Positions 38,830-50,378 of a DNA stretch of 64,000 nucleotides are shown here, piece by piece. How positions within the stretch are numbered: position 1 is the stretch's first letter; every line of letters begins with the position of its first letter. This stretch comes from Toensbergia leucococca (Eukaryota), in assembly GCA_022813965.1 (NCBI GenBank), contig JALDZS010000005.1:62001-126000 (forward strand). Reading direction: 5' to 3'. The notes under the pieces are model-generated. The model ran no database searches and was not told the origin of the DNA. It was given only the letters and a program-made list of their open reading frames with translations. Both the position numbers and the translations under genes were made by a program.

Positions 38830-40007
38830 ATGTTTGGCGCTCTTAATCGCTTCATATCACGCCTCGACTCCGATGGCCCTTCGCAAAACACCAACGACAG
38901 CCACGGTGCCTTTGGCTTCCAAGTTTTGCGGAACAAGAACCTCGAAATAAGTATTGAGCCTTGGTATGATTTTATCATTGGTATCAATGGCCGTCAAATC
39001 GTATGAACACACTCCACACCTGATTGTCAATAATCTAGCTCATTTTCCCCAGGATGATCCAGACCCGAACCTCTTCGCAACAGAAATCCGTAACTGCACC
39101 GGATCCAGCGTAACACTGACGCTCTGGAACGCCAAGGTGAACAAAACCCCACCTACCCTATCCCCAGCATATACAGAACAGCACACTTACTTTCCAATCC
39201 CAGGGCCAACGCCTAAGAACCCTACACATCCCCGTCCCAAGCCCCTCGCCCACCCTTGGTCTAACCCTGCAATGGACCCCCCTCTCCACCACAGAAGACG
39301 TCTGGCACATCCTAGACGTAATCCCCAACTCGCCCGCTGATGCCGCCGGCTTCCTCCCATACGGCGACTACATAGTCGGCACACCAGAAGGAATTGTGCA
39401 CAGTGAAGCCGGGCTCGGCGAACTCGTCGAAGACTACCTCTCCCGCTCTCTGCGCCTCTACATCTACAATCACGAATACGCCGTCACGCGTCTCGTGACC
39501 ATCACCCCGTCCCGGAATTGGGGTGGCAGCGGAGCCCTGGGTTGCGTGCTCGGATTCGGCGCTCTGCATCGACTCCCCCTGCCGCTGACAGAGCCGCCGG
39601 CCGGCCCCGGCGAGACGCTCTTCGAAACCGCCCGATTCAGCAATGAAGAAGGCCGCCCGCCGTCAGCATCTCTGCAGACCTCGTCCCCAACCAGCAGGCT
39701 CCAATCTCCGCAGCAAGGATCCGACTTTCTCGTCCCGGCAACCATGACCGTCTCTCCCCTTCCACAGCAAAAAGGCACATCCCAAGCTACGTCCCGCACC
39801 GCCAGGAAAGCACGCCATGCCGCATCGCCCAACGTTGCTTTTGACGAGTATTTCAAAGAAGGCGAGCAGAAGAGTAAAGAGGAAGATTTCGCCCCCTCGG
39901 CGAAAGCAGCGCCTCCACCTCCCCCACCCAAGCTCGGTACCGCGCCTCCAAAAGCTCAAAGTCAGCACCTTGCGACCGTTGAAGACGAGGTGGATCCCGG
40001 AATCTGA
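38830..40007 (+). CDS. GRH1: GRASP55/65 homologue Grh1; exons 38830-39000, 39053-39136, 39204-40007
   Basis: MFGALNRFISRLD, GFQVL, IEPWYDFIIGING, PSRNWGGSGALGCVLGFGALHRLP PDZ-like motifs. Confidence 0.93.
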
Positions 40008-40807
40008 AGATTGGGAATCTCATGGACAAATATCCGAGATCCCCCTACCTGCAGCGCCAGGTCCATCACCCTTTGTGCCCGGTATGTGCGTAGCCCGCAG
40101 TGACATGAAAGCCCCAAGTCAGAAAGCTGAGCAAAGTCTTTCAACCCCTCCCAAATCCCGTGTCACGTGACAGCGTGAAGGTTTGACAAAGACACAGTTT
40201 CGCGTATCTAGCCATACACCTTGCAGGCTCAGAATCAATATTAGGAGTACGGACGTACGAATAGCTACAAGAGACCTGATAGCAAGCAAAAGCATGACTT
40301 AAGGACAGGCTTCCCCTGACGACCAGGGCTTCAGCATCCACTCGAGAGCTTGGTCGTGCCAAAGGTACCTACGCTGAGATCTCAACGAGGACATGTTAGG
40401 CGTTCAGGAGACCTTCTAGATCACAACTTGGAGCGGCTCTCTCAAGCAATGCAGCCGAGATCAATAGCGGGCTTCACAAGACTAGATAGCTTAGCCCCTC
40501 GAAGCAGCAATGAACCTCTTTCACAGCACATGGTGGAGGGTATGCAAATTTTCTCAAGCCTTATCGTACGTAGTATATGTAGTAGCACCGCCGCAAACCC
40601 AGCCATCAAAACCAAATATTTCTCGAAATCCAGCAACCAGATAGATCCCTGTTTCTCACAATTACAGAGTACAAGATTTCCCACCCTCCCCGGCCAATTT
40701 TCCAATCCGTTCATTCAGCCCCCGCCTCCCTGCCCCCCCCCCGGCTTTTTTCCATCTGCGTCTAAATCTCTCCTATTTCCCTACCAAACCTCATCAACCA
40801 TCCTCAC

Positions 40808-42581
40808 CTACAACTCGTCATGCTCGCTGGCATCATCATCACTATCCATAATCGCCGTCTTCACCGCCTCCGCTGCCTCCTTAACCCCGCTCATTACCTT
40901 CTCCGTCGCCGCCGGAGCCTGCTTGCCCATTTCATCCGCATCAGGCATATCCACATCCGCCTCCGGCTCAGCAGCCGTGTCGGTCGCAGCACCAGCATAA
41001 GCGTCTGCGCTGTGCTTGCCATTTTCTTTGACAAAGTTAGCCAGGTCTTCGATGGTGCGGGGACCGGAGTAGTCGACGGGGGCGGATTTGCCGCCAGCGG
41101 GAAAGAGCTTGATTGTTGGGAACCCGGCAATTTCGTCAGGGACGTCGTTTGCAGTTGCGTCTACTTTGGCAATGGTGACGAGGGGGGCGAGGGCAGGGTT
41201 GGTGGTGTACATTGAGGCGAGCTCTTCGTATTTTGGGGCGAGACTGGAGGGAATAAGGGGATTAGTCTGACGTGGGGTTTGTGTTTTTAGGGTGGGTGCA
41301 CGTACGCTTTGCAATGGCCGCACCAGGGAGCGTAGAATTCTACAAGGACATCCTTCTCATCGTCCATGACGATGTCTTGGTAATTGTGTGCGACGATAAC
41401 TTGAACAGGGCCTTCTTGCTTTTCAGGGATGGGCTCGGATTTGATGCTTGGCTCAACTTTGCCGTCAATGAATTCTTGTACGAAAGCACCAACATCTTCC
41501 GCGGTGAGCTTCTTGTTTTGGTCAAAGGGGAACTTTTGGTTCTTGACCGTCTCCTGGATGGCGAAGGCGGGCCATTTGTCGACTTCGAGGTTGAGGTTGC
41601 CGGCGTGGGCGCCAAAAGACTTGGCGTCGATTGTGGCGAAGCTAAGGGCACCTTTGTGTTTCTGAGCGAGTGGCTTGAGTGTCTCTGCTAGTTCGGCGCG
41701 CTCTTCCGGTGTTTCAGCGAAAATGTATGCAAGAGGGATGCCAGCCTGGTATTTTTGTTAGAGATGGTTTATGAAGAGTTTTCCTGAACTAGGACTTACA
41801 GCCATGTAGCCAGCGTATGTTTCAGGGCCTACTTCGCCGACCAAAGGTATGGCAGCTGTTGTGATAAATTTTGTAATGGCCGTCTTTTCGAACTTCTCAT
41901 CAAAGGTGTTCTTTCCCTCATCAAAAGACTTGTATAAGACAATTGAAGGTGCCGTAACACCTTCAGCCTTGGCTAATGCGGGGTCACTGGTAGCCCCAAA
42001 GAGGTATTCGTCTCGAAGGCCTTCGGCAACTTCGCTAAATGTGGTATTTGAAGTTTTGTCGTCAGCCTCAAAGAAGGCAACTAGGACCACCTTATCTGCG
42101 GTCTTGAAGTCCTCGAGTGTTTCATCGTTCAACGTTGACACGGCGGGAAGCGATTGTTTGGTCATATATGAAATAATTCTAGATGCACGATCAACTGGTT
42201 GCCCCTCCTTCGGCGGTATAACAATACTTACGCAGGAGCTTTTCGTGGCCCTGAGTATGGGGCAACATTGTCGGGACCTCGGAAGACCTTGACTGTGGGA
42301 TAGCCTTCAACTCCATACTCCTTACATAGCTCGGCTTCTTCTGTGCAATCGACTTTGACCAGGGGAATATTTTTTTCCTTCAACGTCGTTGCAGCTTCTT
42401 CATATTCAGGGGCAAGAGCTTTACAATGACCGCACCAAGGCGCAAAGAATTCCGCTAGCACAAGGTCATGTTCCTTGACAAAGTCATTAAAGGTGTCTTT
42501 CTTCAAGTCGTGCACGTCGGAGGCTAAAGCGATGGCGGCAGCTCCTATCAGGCCAAGGGAAATACAAGTAAAGTTCCGCAT
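40808..42581 (-). CDS. PDI1: Protein disulfide isomerase; exons 42581-42232, 42178-41800, 41745-41306, 41243-40808
   Basis: Signal peptide, two APWCGHCK thioredoxin sites, C-terminal HDEL. Confidence 0.97.
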
Positions 42582-43695
42582 GATGAAAGACCAAGAAGAA
42601 ATAAGTCGACCCAAAGACCTGAAGAATTATGAAGATAAGTTGGTAGAAAGAAAGTGGTCGCACTTGGGTTTCAAATACGTTTATGAGATGTGTTCGAGGA
42701 CAGTTTTCATTTGCGCAACAACACCCCTGATGTGTAAGCGTGAGAGCTAACGCCACTCACACTAGTTCTAGGGCTAGCCGGTCGCGGGGGCGGCTCGCTT
42801 AGAAAGCAGTATCAATCCTCGAATTGAAGAAAGTGTCCTCAATTTTCACTGGTGCTCCGAACTCGTATGATTTTATCAATCATTTGTGGCAGTGATTACT
42901 CACAGTGAGTATAATTAAATCAAAAGCTCGTGATATTCATACGAGTGAACAGTGTCTTTTTTAGTAATATTGTGGTCTCTGAGGTGAGCGTCTCCTCTTT
43001 CATTTTGGCCCCCATCGTTCCAGTCAACAACTTTTTCCTGCCAGCTTCTGTATCCATCCTTGACTGCAATGATCATCGCTGTGCATTGTCTTGGAACGTT
43101 AGGCTAGTCATATCAGAAATCAATTGACTTCATGAAGCTCTTTTCGAATGACACCACTTGCAAACCTTGTTACAACGTCGACTACCCACATTGAGTCCTT
43201 GTCAGGATGAGATCTCTATCCTTGTTGATAACTTCATTTCCATTCACAGATCTTGCTTTATCCTCGATAAAAGTGTCAGAGTAAGCCATATATGATTGAG
43301 TAGGTTTTTGATGGTCTATTCCCACATGATATGAAAGAGCACGTGCCATCACTCGGACTTTTCTGGTGCATCAATTCAACTTCAAAGTACTGTAGCAACA
43401 GCGCTCTTCATTCTTCTGAAACTAATTCCTCGGTATGACCATTCTGAAGGGTGTTCAATGTCAGGGTCCCGCAATAAAACATTCCAAGTCAACAAAGCAA
43501 GTCGATGGAACGAGGCAAACACTTTGTGTCCCAACTATGAATCCGTACGAATTGAATACGTAGAAACAATGATGTCAAACGTAAACGAACTCCTAACCCA
43601 TGAGACGCCACGCCAAGGAGTATCAAAACACTTTGGAAAAAAAGAAACAAACTCCATGCTGACCCTCGGCCTTATACAATACACTCCTTTGAGGA

Positions 43696-45025
43696 TTATC
43701 GAACTCCTTTCCCAGAACGTTTGTCGGCATGCGATGTCGCATCCCGCGAGTTCGTCGATGTATTGTCAGCCTCGCCGCTGCTACTCCCAATACTTCCAAT
43801 TACAGCAGGGTTCTCCTCTCCATCAGTGGCAGGATCGTATTCATCGAGCCTCTTCGACTCAACTTTAGGCTTCGTCGTCTTGTCGGATACTGGGCTTTTG
43901 TCTTCAGCTACTGATGTCTTGGCCTCCCCGGTCTTTTTTGCTATTTCGTCCTCACTCTCGTCGTCGAAGGCTCCGTCTGTGCCGTCGACTTGATCTGTAG
44001 GACCTCGTCGACGAATTGCAGCATCATCGTCATCATCCACGTCTTCTTCAGGGATCGGCTGATGATCGGTTGGCTTCTGATCTTTGATAAAACCGTCGAT
44101 GATGTAGTATTGTATTGCGTTCATGATGACAGGAAAGAACAACATGACGAAAAACACCTGCACCGTCTCGTTGCCTTCTGTCCATTTTAATGCCCAGTCT
44201 CCAACTCTTACAATCCATGGGCATATTTTAAATACGAAGAAGACACAAAGCTTCATTCCGAGGAGCCCAATGAAGTATATGAAAGACTGTTTCAGCCACC
44301 AGAATGTCTTAGGGGGGCGACCGTAATTTCCTGACTGTATTGATTCTGGAGGATTGCCAACAGGAGTGAGGGAGAAACCGTACGTCAACAGTCGGAGGAG
44401 CACAATGAGTATTGGAATGCCGATAGTGGTCTACTCGTCGATAAGTCACATCAGTCGAGGGTTCTCATCTTACGTGAGCTTCACGGGCAAAACTCACATC
44501 AATAGCCAGATTGAGTAGATAGAACGAACAAGGATTAGCTTGGTAATCCGCGGCCGTAGATATTGTGGCTGTGGTGAATATTTGTCCAGAAGATAACATT
44601 GACATGAATAGGTTTGCAATGTGAAGTAGGATCGACCCGAACACCTGTTTCGATGCATCAAAAGCCCAAATCTTCACTGGCCGTTGCGGTCTTTCTCTCC
44701 ATCGTTTATAAACCAACGACAGCAACGCCAAGGCTCCTAGAGCTCCTTGTATGAACAAAGCAAAGGGTCCGAGAAGCTGGCACTCCCCATTCTCAGCACC
44801 AGAGCTCGAAACATCGCCAGCTTTGATCGCGGCAGTAGTTGTCACAGCCATCATGGCTGATGTTGACACAGGGAAGTTCATAGTATCTAAAGCTGCATAT
44901 AATATGGTCGACTTTGGGAGAGACGATAGAATCGTGGGAGATATGGATGTTGCAGCTGGTATGAGTGAAGGGCCATTATTGAGGAGTGACGTAGGCGATG
45001 GGAGCAACCCGGAGATAGAGAGCAT
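43696..45025 (-). CDS. STIMATE/DUF3661 (YPL162C-like) vacuolar membrane protein; exons 45025(start uncertain)-44498, 44430-43696
   Basis: ECQLLGPFALFIQ, KRWRERPQRPVKIWAFDASKQ, NPCSFYLLNLAIDTT, SGNYGRPP, FPVIMNAIQYYIID. Confidence 0.85.
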
Positions 45026-45835
45026 AAACCGATAAAAAGAGGACTAGACTGGACAGTGAGGAATATATTTGTGACTCAAGAGTGACTGATTACTGGAGGT
45101 TGGAAGTGGCCACCAGATCCAACACTGCCAATGAGATCATCAAGGTAGATATGCAGAGACCAAGTCTATGGGCGATTAATACGGGTCATGAAGCCAGAAC
45201 CTGAGAAGCTTACTCATGTAGCAAAGCAATGTCAAAGCAATAAAGCTACTGTAAAATGGAACAGAGATGTAAGAGAATGGATGTGGGCTTCTGTGTTGGG
45301 CATTCGCTCATACGCTACAGCCTGTTTGTATTATACCTTACCATACTCCGCACATGGGGCGTTGCGGCGAAATCCACGCGCTAAGTGAAACCCTACCGTA
45401 CCTACGGAGGGTCGATAGTCCAACAATTTAAATAGGTACACAAACAAACCGAGTCAATACAGAGTTCACATACTTGATTCAATGGACAGACATGTGCTAA
45501 TTGGACAATATTGTAGCATACTGGTTAAAGTAATATTGTCTGAAACACCTTTCTGCTAGTCATAAAATGTCATAAGATGCCCACCATTCGGTTGAGAAAA
45601 GTGATAGAAACCTCCAGCACTTGGAGCATATTGTAGAGCAAAAAGCTCTAGGCCGTTGCAACCTTCCAAATCAGCGGGTCCGCCTTCGAAACGCCATTTG
45701 CCGCATTCCACAACGCCTCAAATCAAAACAGCAGGGTGGTGGAAGTAAAGTCCATGTTGGTCTGGTTCCTATGAAACTTAAAGCTGGCCCACCATCACAT
45801 AGACCCACAGCAGCACCTGTGGGCCTCTCCAAGGG

Positions 45836-46553
45836 TTATTCGATTCCGTGTTGGCGTTTGAGCTTTTCTAGGTTCTCTTGCCGCTCCGCTAGGTCTTCTT
45901 TTGACTTTGCCATCTTTTCAGGCTGGTGATAGAGAACTGAAGGGCCCTGTTAATCTGTGTCGAGAAAGATGTGCCATTTGAACCACACATATAAGATGGT
46001 GCGGATGACAGAACTTACCAACTAGATAACGGTTTTGGAAGTTAAATCCGTTCAATTTATCACAGGCTTGTTTGGCGTCCATGACATCCTCATACACAAC
46101 GAAGGCGGTACCTTTAGTGTTTCCCGCGATACCCTGACGGATCTGTCTGCCCTACAAGTCAGTACAATACCACGGTATATGGGAGCAGGGGAGCACGTGA
46201 GCTCCCAGCTCCATTTAAATCGACACACCTTACGGGGCCAAACTTTCCGAAAAGGTCGAACAACTCCTCTGGAGTGACGTTATAGCTATGATATCGAGTC
46301 AGAAGGCTACAGGCTGAGAAGGACAAATACCGAGGGAGCCTGTCTGAAGAAGAGGCTGAATGTAGACTTTGAAAAAGGCTTCACCAACCTAAGGTTCTTG
46401 ACAAACAGTGCCCTAAGGAGAGTAAAACATCAGTGGAAATTCTTCGCGCAGCGAGAGAGCATGAATATAATGATGTAAGTTCAGATTTGATGGATCCCTC
46501 GCGGGATTGACTTACCGATTAACTTCGGGAGCAAGCTTTCCTCCACGACTCAT
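45836..46553 (-). CDS. SF3B6: U2 snRNP branch-site protein p14 (SF3B14/SF3B6), RRM; exons 46553-46516, 46412-46389, 46285-46229, 46146-46019, 45936-45836
   Basis: Manual splicing gives [45 protein letters not shown]...[37 protein letters not shown]; absent from the ORF track because the exons are tiny. Confidence 0.93.
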
Positions 46554-47646
46554 AGCTTTGGACAGGCTCGGGATGTTGCTAAAATCACTGGTAAGGCGAG
46601 TTGTTAGAAATTGTTGTCAAGCCTATCTGACAGCTCGGGTTGGTGGTAGATGAAAGTTATGGGCGTTGTTGAAACAGGGAAACCTAAAGTTCCTCGGTTT
46701 CGCTTACGCCAAGACCAAGCTAGCTTAGCTGACAGGATCTGCCACCAAGCTGAAAACGGCAAGTCATTTTCACAGCCCTACAATCAATGTGGAGAACCGA
46801 AAAAAGATAATATTTCTTTCCTAATGAAAACACTCTTTCTTGGGCGAGTATTATAAAAACTCCACGGTCTTCCTGAATGCAACCACAGCAATCCACTAAG
46901 CTATGTAGGCCAGTTCGTACCTTGCTCTTGACCCTTCTACAGTCTCATTAGCAATTGTGCGAATGCTTCGGTTGAAAGGTTGGACCATTTGTTTTTGACA
47001 GCCCACGCCATTATCAAAGGACTGAGTAGAAAAGGAAGTCCCTTCTCTGTGGTAGAATACTAGACCTCCTGGAACTCGACTTCCACATTTTGAGACCTAT
47101 TAGACTCCCAAAGCTCTAAGCCGAGTTACCAATCATCGGCTTTGACATCGAAACGCCCTAATAGCAAGGTTAGCGCCAGAAAAATTCTAAGATATCTTCC
47201 TTTTATGATGCCGAACGATGTGTCTTTACTGCTAGGTCTGAACGAATTCGAGATTCATTTCCGGAAAGTGTCGAACACAGGTATACTACATTTTCATGAA
47301 TGTTTGCGAGCAGTCATTCTGCATAAGTCTCTTTCCTCGTCTTTTTTGGCATCACCTCAGCAATGCCTCATATTCTGATCCTAAAATTGCGTGTCTCATC
47401 TCATTATCGGCTGCAGGAGAAAGCCACGAGACTGCTCGTACATGCAGACTCTGACCACATGCAATTAGTCAGCTAAGTACGTACCTTAGTATGTTGACCC
47501 CCACCTACTATCGAAGGAATCCGTGTAGGCAAAATTTGAACAGGTTTCTACATACCAGCTTTTTGACCCAAGTATTGGTCAAAGCAGAAATACATCTTGT
47601 TTAAGGCATGGTGATAAACATTGAGATTTAATATACTCTATGCGCA

Positions 47647-48447
47647 ATGGCCCTTGACCCCAGCACGGCTCCGTCGCTCACCGCTTTCAAGCTTCTCTCC
47701 TTCGATATTTACGGCACACTCGTAGACTGGTACACTGGGATCTCGAATGCCTTGGCCCCTCTTGTCTCCCGGCTTCCATCAACTCATCCTGCAAAGTCTT
47801 CCAGAGAGACTGGTCTGCAAGCATTCGAGCGCTATGAAGGATCCATCAAAAAGGCGAATCCAGGTATGCTGTACTCGGCTATCTTCGTACAGGTTTACCA
47901 TGAAATTGCCTCGGAATGGAGCATCGTGGTCAAACCTGGTGAAGCTGAAGCCTTTGGAGCATCGATCGGCGGCTTTCCACCGTTTTCCGACACGGTAGCT
48001 GCGGTACAGACACTGGGCAAATACTACAAGCTCGTACCGCTCTCAAATGTCGACCGTCATTCCTTTGCGCGTACTCTCGCCGGTCCGCTCTCCGGTATAC
48101 GCTTTGACACCTACTACACCGCCGAAGACATTGGCTCATACAAGCCTGATCACAGAAATTTTGAGTATCTGCTGAGAAATGTGGAAATGGAGTTCGGGGT
48201 ACAGAAAGAGGAGCTGTTACACGTTGCACAGAGTATCTGGCATGACCATATGCCTGCAAAAGAAATGGGGCTGTGGAGTGCTTGGATCGCGAGGGGCAAT
48301 CCTGCGGAACAAAAAGGCTATGAAGGGGTTCCCGAGGACTTGAAGGGAAGAGCTAGTTTTCAATGGAGATGGCCGACTTTAGGAGATATGGCTAGGGATG
48401 TAGTAGCCGAGTTTGAGAAAGAGGGGAAGAGACAAAAAAGTGCTTGA
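47647..48447 (+). CDS. HAD-superfamily hydrolase (haloacid dehalogenase type II-like), intronless
   Basis: FDIYGTLVDW (motif I), LSNVD, GSYKPD, LHVAQSIWHD. Confidence 0.88.
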   Translation: MALDPSTAPSLTAFKLLSFDIYGTLVDWYTGISNALAPLVSRLPSTHPAKSSRETGLQAFERYEGSIKKANPGMLYSAIFVQVYHEIASEWSIVVKPGEAEAFGASIGGFPPFSDTVAAVQTLGKYYKLVPLSNVDRHSFARTLAGPLSGIRFDTYYTAEDIGSYKPDHRNFEYLLRNVEMEFGVQKEELLHVAQSIWHDHMPAKEMGLWSAWIARGNPAEQKGYEGVPEDLKGRASFQWRWPTLGDMARDVVAEFEKEGKRQKSA

Positions 48448-48679
48448 CAGGGGCTAGTGTTTCGAGGCTGAATCAAGAGGAATAGGAGAGGTCGATCGAG
48501 ATGTTCATTAGACTAGTAGATTCCAACTCCATTGTCATATGAATTAGCTGTAGATGAAGAGCTCTCGTCGAAGCCGGTCCTTGTGATCACGCTCCGCCTG
48601 AATGTAATATCTTTGTAATCAGTAAGTTATCTCGGTACACCTAATTCCTGTCATTGCAAGTAAGTTAAGCCCGTTTCTC

Positions 48680-49033
48680 TCAGCTTCCACAATATCGTCC
48701 CAGCTTTGCTTCTTCTTCTTCTTCTTCTTCTTCTTCTTGTTGCAACAGCACAGTGTGCCAAAACCTCCTACACTGCTGTTCCGTAAACCTCAAGCACGAT
48801 CTTGACCGCTCCAATTTATCCCTGGATGGAGGCTTAAGTACGTTCGGTGAGTCGTCTAGGTCGTCAACTACCCTTCCATGCTCGTGGGACGCCATAGCGC
48901 CTGCACGAGGTAGCGCTTGTCCTAGAAGCACTCCAAGTCGCTTAGAATATAAATTTCGTCTCGTTTTGAATAATTGATTGTCGGCTTGAGGGATTGATTC
49001 TTTCCTTGCCGCCTTGCGTACATCCAGGGACAT
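48680..49033 (-). other. Orphan 117-aa ORF or gene relic with a (GAA)n poly-Glu tract
   Basis: ORF track; no recognisable domain; in frame with upstream MPKLVVFLAIEPF* across one TGA. Confidence 0.25.
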
Positions 49034-50378
49034 TACTCAGAAGGGCTCAATGGCAAGGAAGACGACTAGTTTCGGCATTTCTGTAGGAAAATGGAGCCCA
49101 GAATCGGATGCGATGGGAGGAGTGGGATTGTAGGACTAAGAGACTGTGACACTGTAAGTGTCGCACCGACATTCTGCTCTTGCGTCGAATTTTGGGGCTT
49201 CGAATTGTTTATGAGCTTTCTAGACTTTGCGATCAAAGCTAGAGTTGTTAGACTTGAATAGTATAGAAAATGTGCAAAGAGAGAGTTACAAAGACGAAAA
49301 GGCTTGGCATTAGGAGTCTAATGCAAAGCTTCAAACAAGGCTCAAAATTTTGTGTCGGAAGAAATTGTAACATCAATTAAGACAGGATCTTAAATAGACA
49401 TTGCGGGCACTAAACAATATGTAACAAGACAGCTTCCTGGGAACATCAAATCGTCCATGCTCAGATGTTGAAACGAAGGTGTTTAAGACGCAGACTTGCA
49501 ATCTCGCAATTAACTGTAGCACTTCACTGCACACTGAGTCAATAGACGGAACTTGGATCTCAATGTGTAAAAGCTCATTGAATCATGTGCATGACCTCCA
49601 TCCGTAGTGAGACAGCTAGCCATGAAGCATCTCATCAAAATCATATGAGGCCTGCAGTACATCTGCTATATTCTATTACAGCTGAAGATGGGAAATGCGG
49701 GACACATTATGATGGACGGATATACTTGACCATCCTTCGGAGCCATTCTGCTTTTCTAAAAAGGAGAGGATGGAGAAATTAGCAGAAAGAAAATAACATC
49801 CCGGGTGTGAAAGAAGTAGCGGAAAAGACAAGGAACCAGGCATTCAAATGCTAGAACGCTCATCCTTGATCGACATCTTTTGCTGCCATCTAACGGTCTC
49901 AACAGGACACATGGTACAAGAAAAGAAGCAACAATTTTATGTTTGTTCAGACAAGGAAGGAGTAAGGTAGGCGCTGGTTGAAGCTCACCTCGTCACACGC
50001 ATGACTAGCGCGGTTTGTCCCCCCCCCATAACCGGACGAGGAATTGCAGCAACGAGACATCCTCAAACCATCAACAACTTTGCTCAAATACCTTCCCACC
50101 ACTACTCGTCCTTGACACTTAATCTTGAAACGTTCTCATAGCTCTAAGAGCTACAGGTGTTTGCATTTATCTTAGAGTACGAAGCACATTCGTATTGATA
50201 TCAAGTCCTTTCATCAATTATCCCAAGCTTGTTGCTGCATTGCTTTCGTATGCTTTACACCCTTTCGACTCGTCTCGAAAGATTGTCATCTATTCTCTCC
50301 TTTGATCGACTACTTCTTGACTCCCTACAGCCCAATCGCTGTGTGTTCATCCTTGTTGAAGTGCTTTATCTCGGTACC

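Noticed and set aside
38607..38987. Upstream extension of the 220-aa ORF 38325-38987
   Set aside because: Overlaps GRH1 antisense; TGS1 homology begins only after MAKGKK at 38606
46924..46950. Intergenic ALDPSTVSL resembling the HAD N-terminus ALDPSTAPSL
   Set aside because: Only 6 identical residues and no continuing similarity; cannot support a duplicated relic
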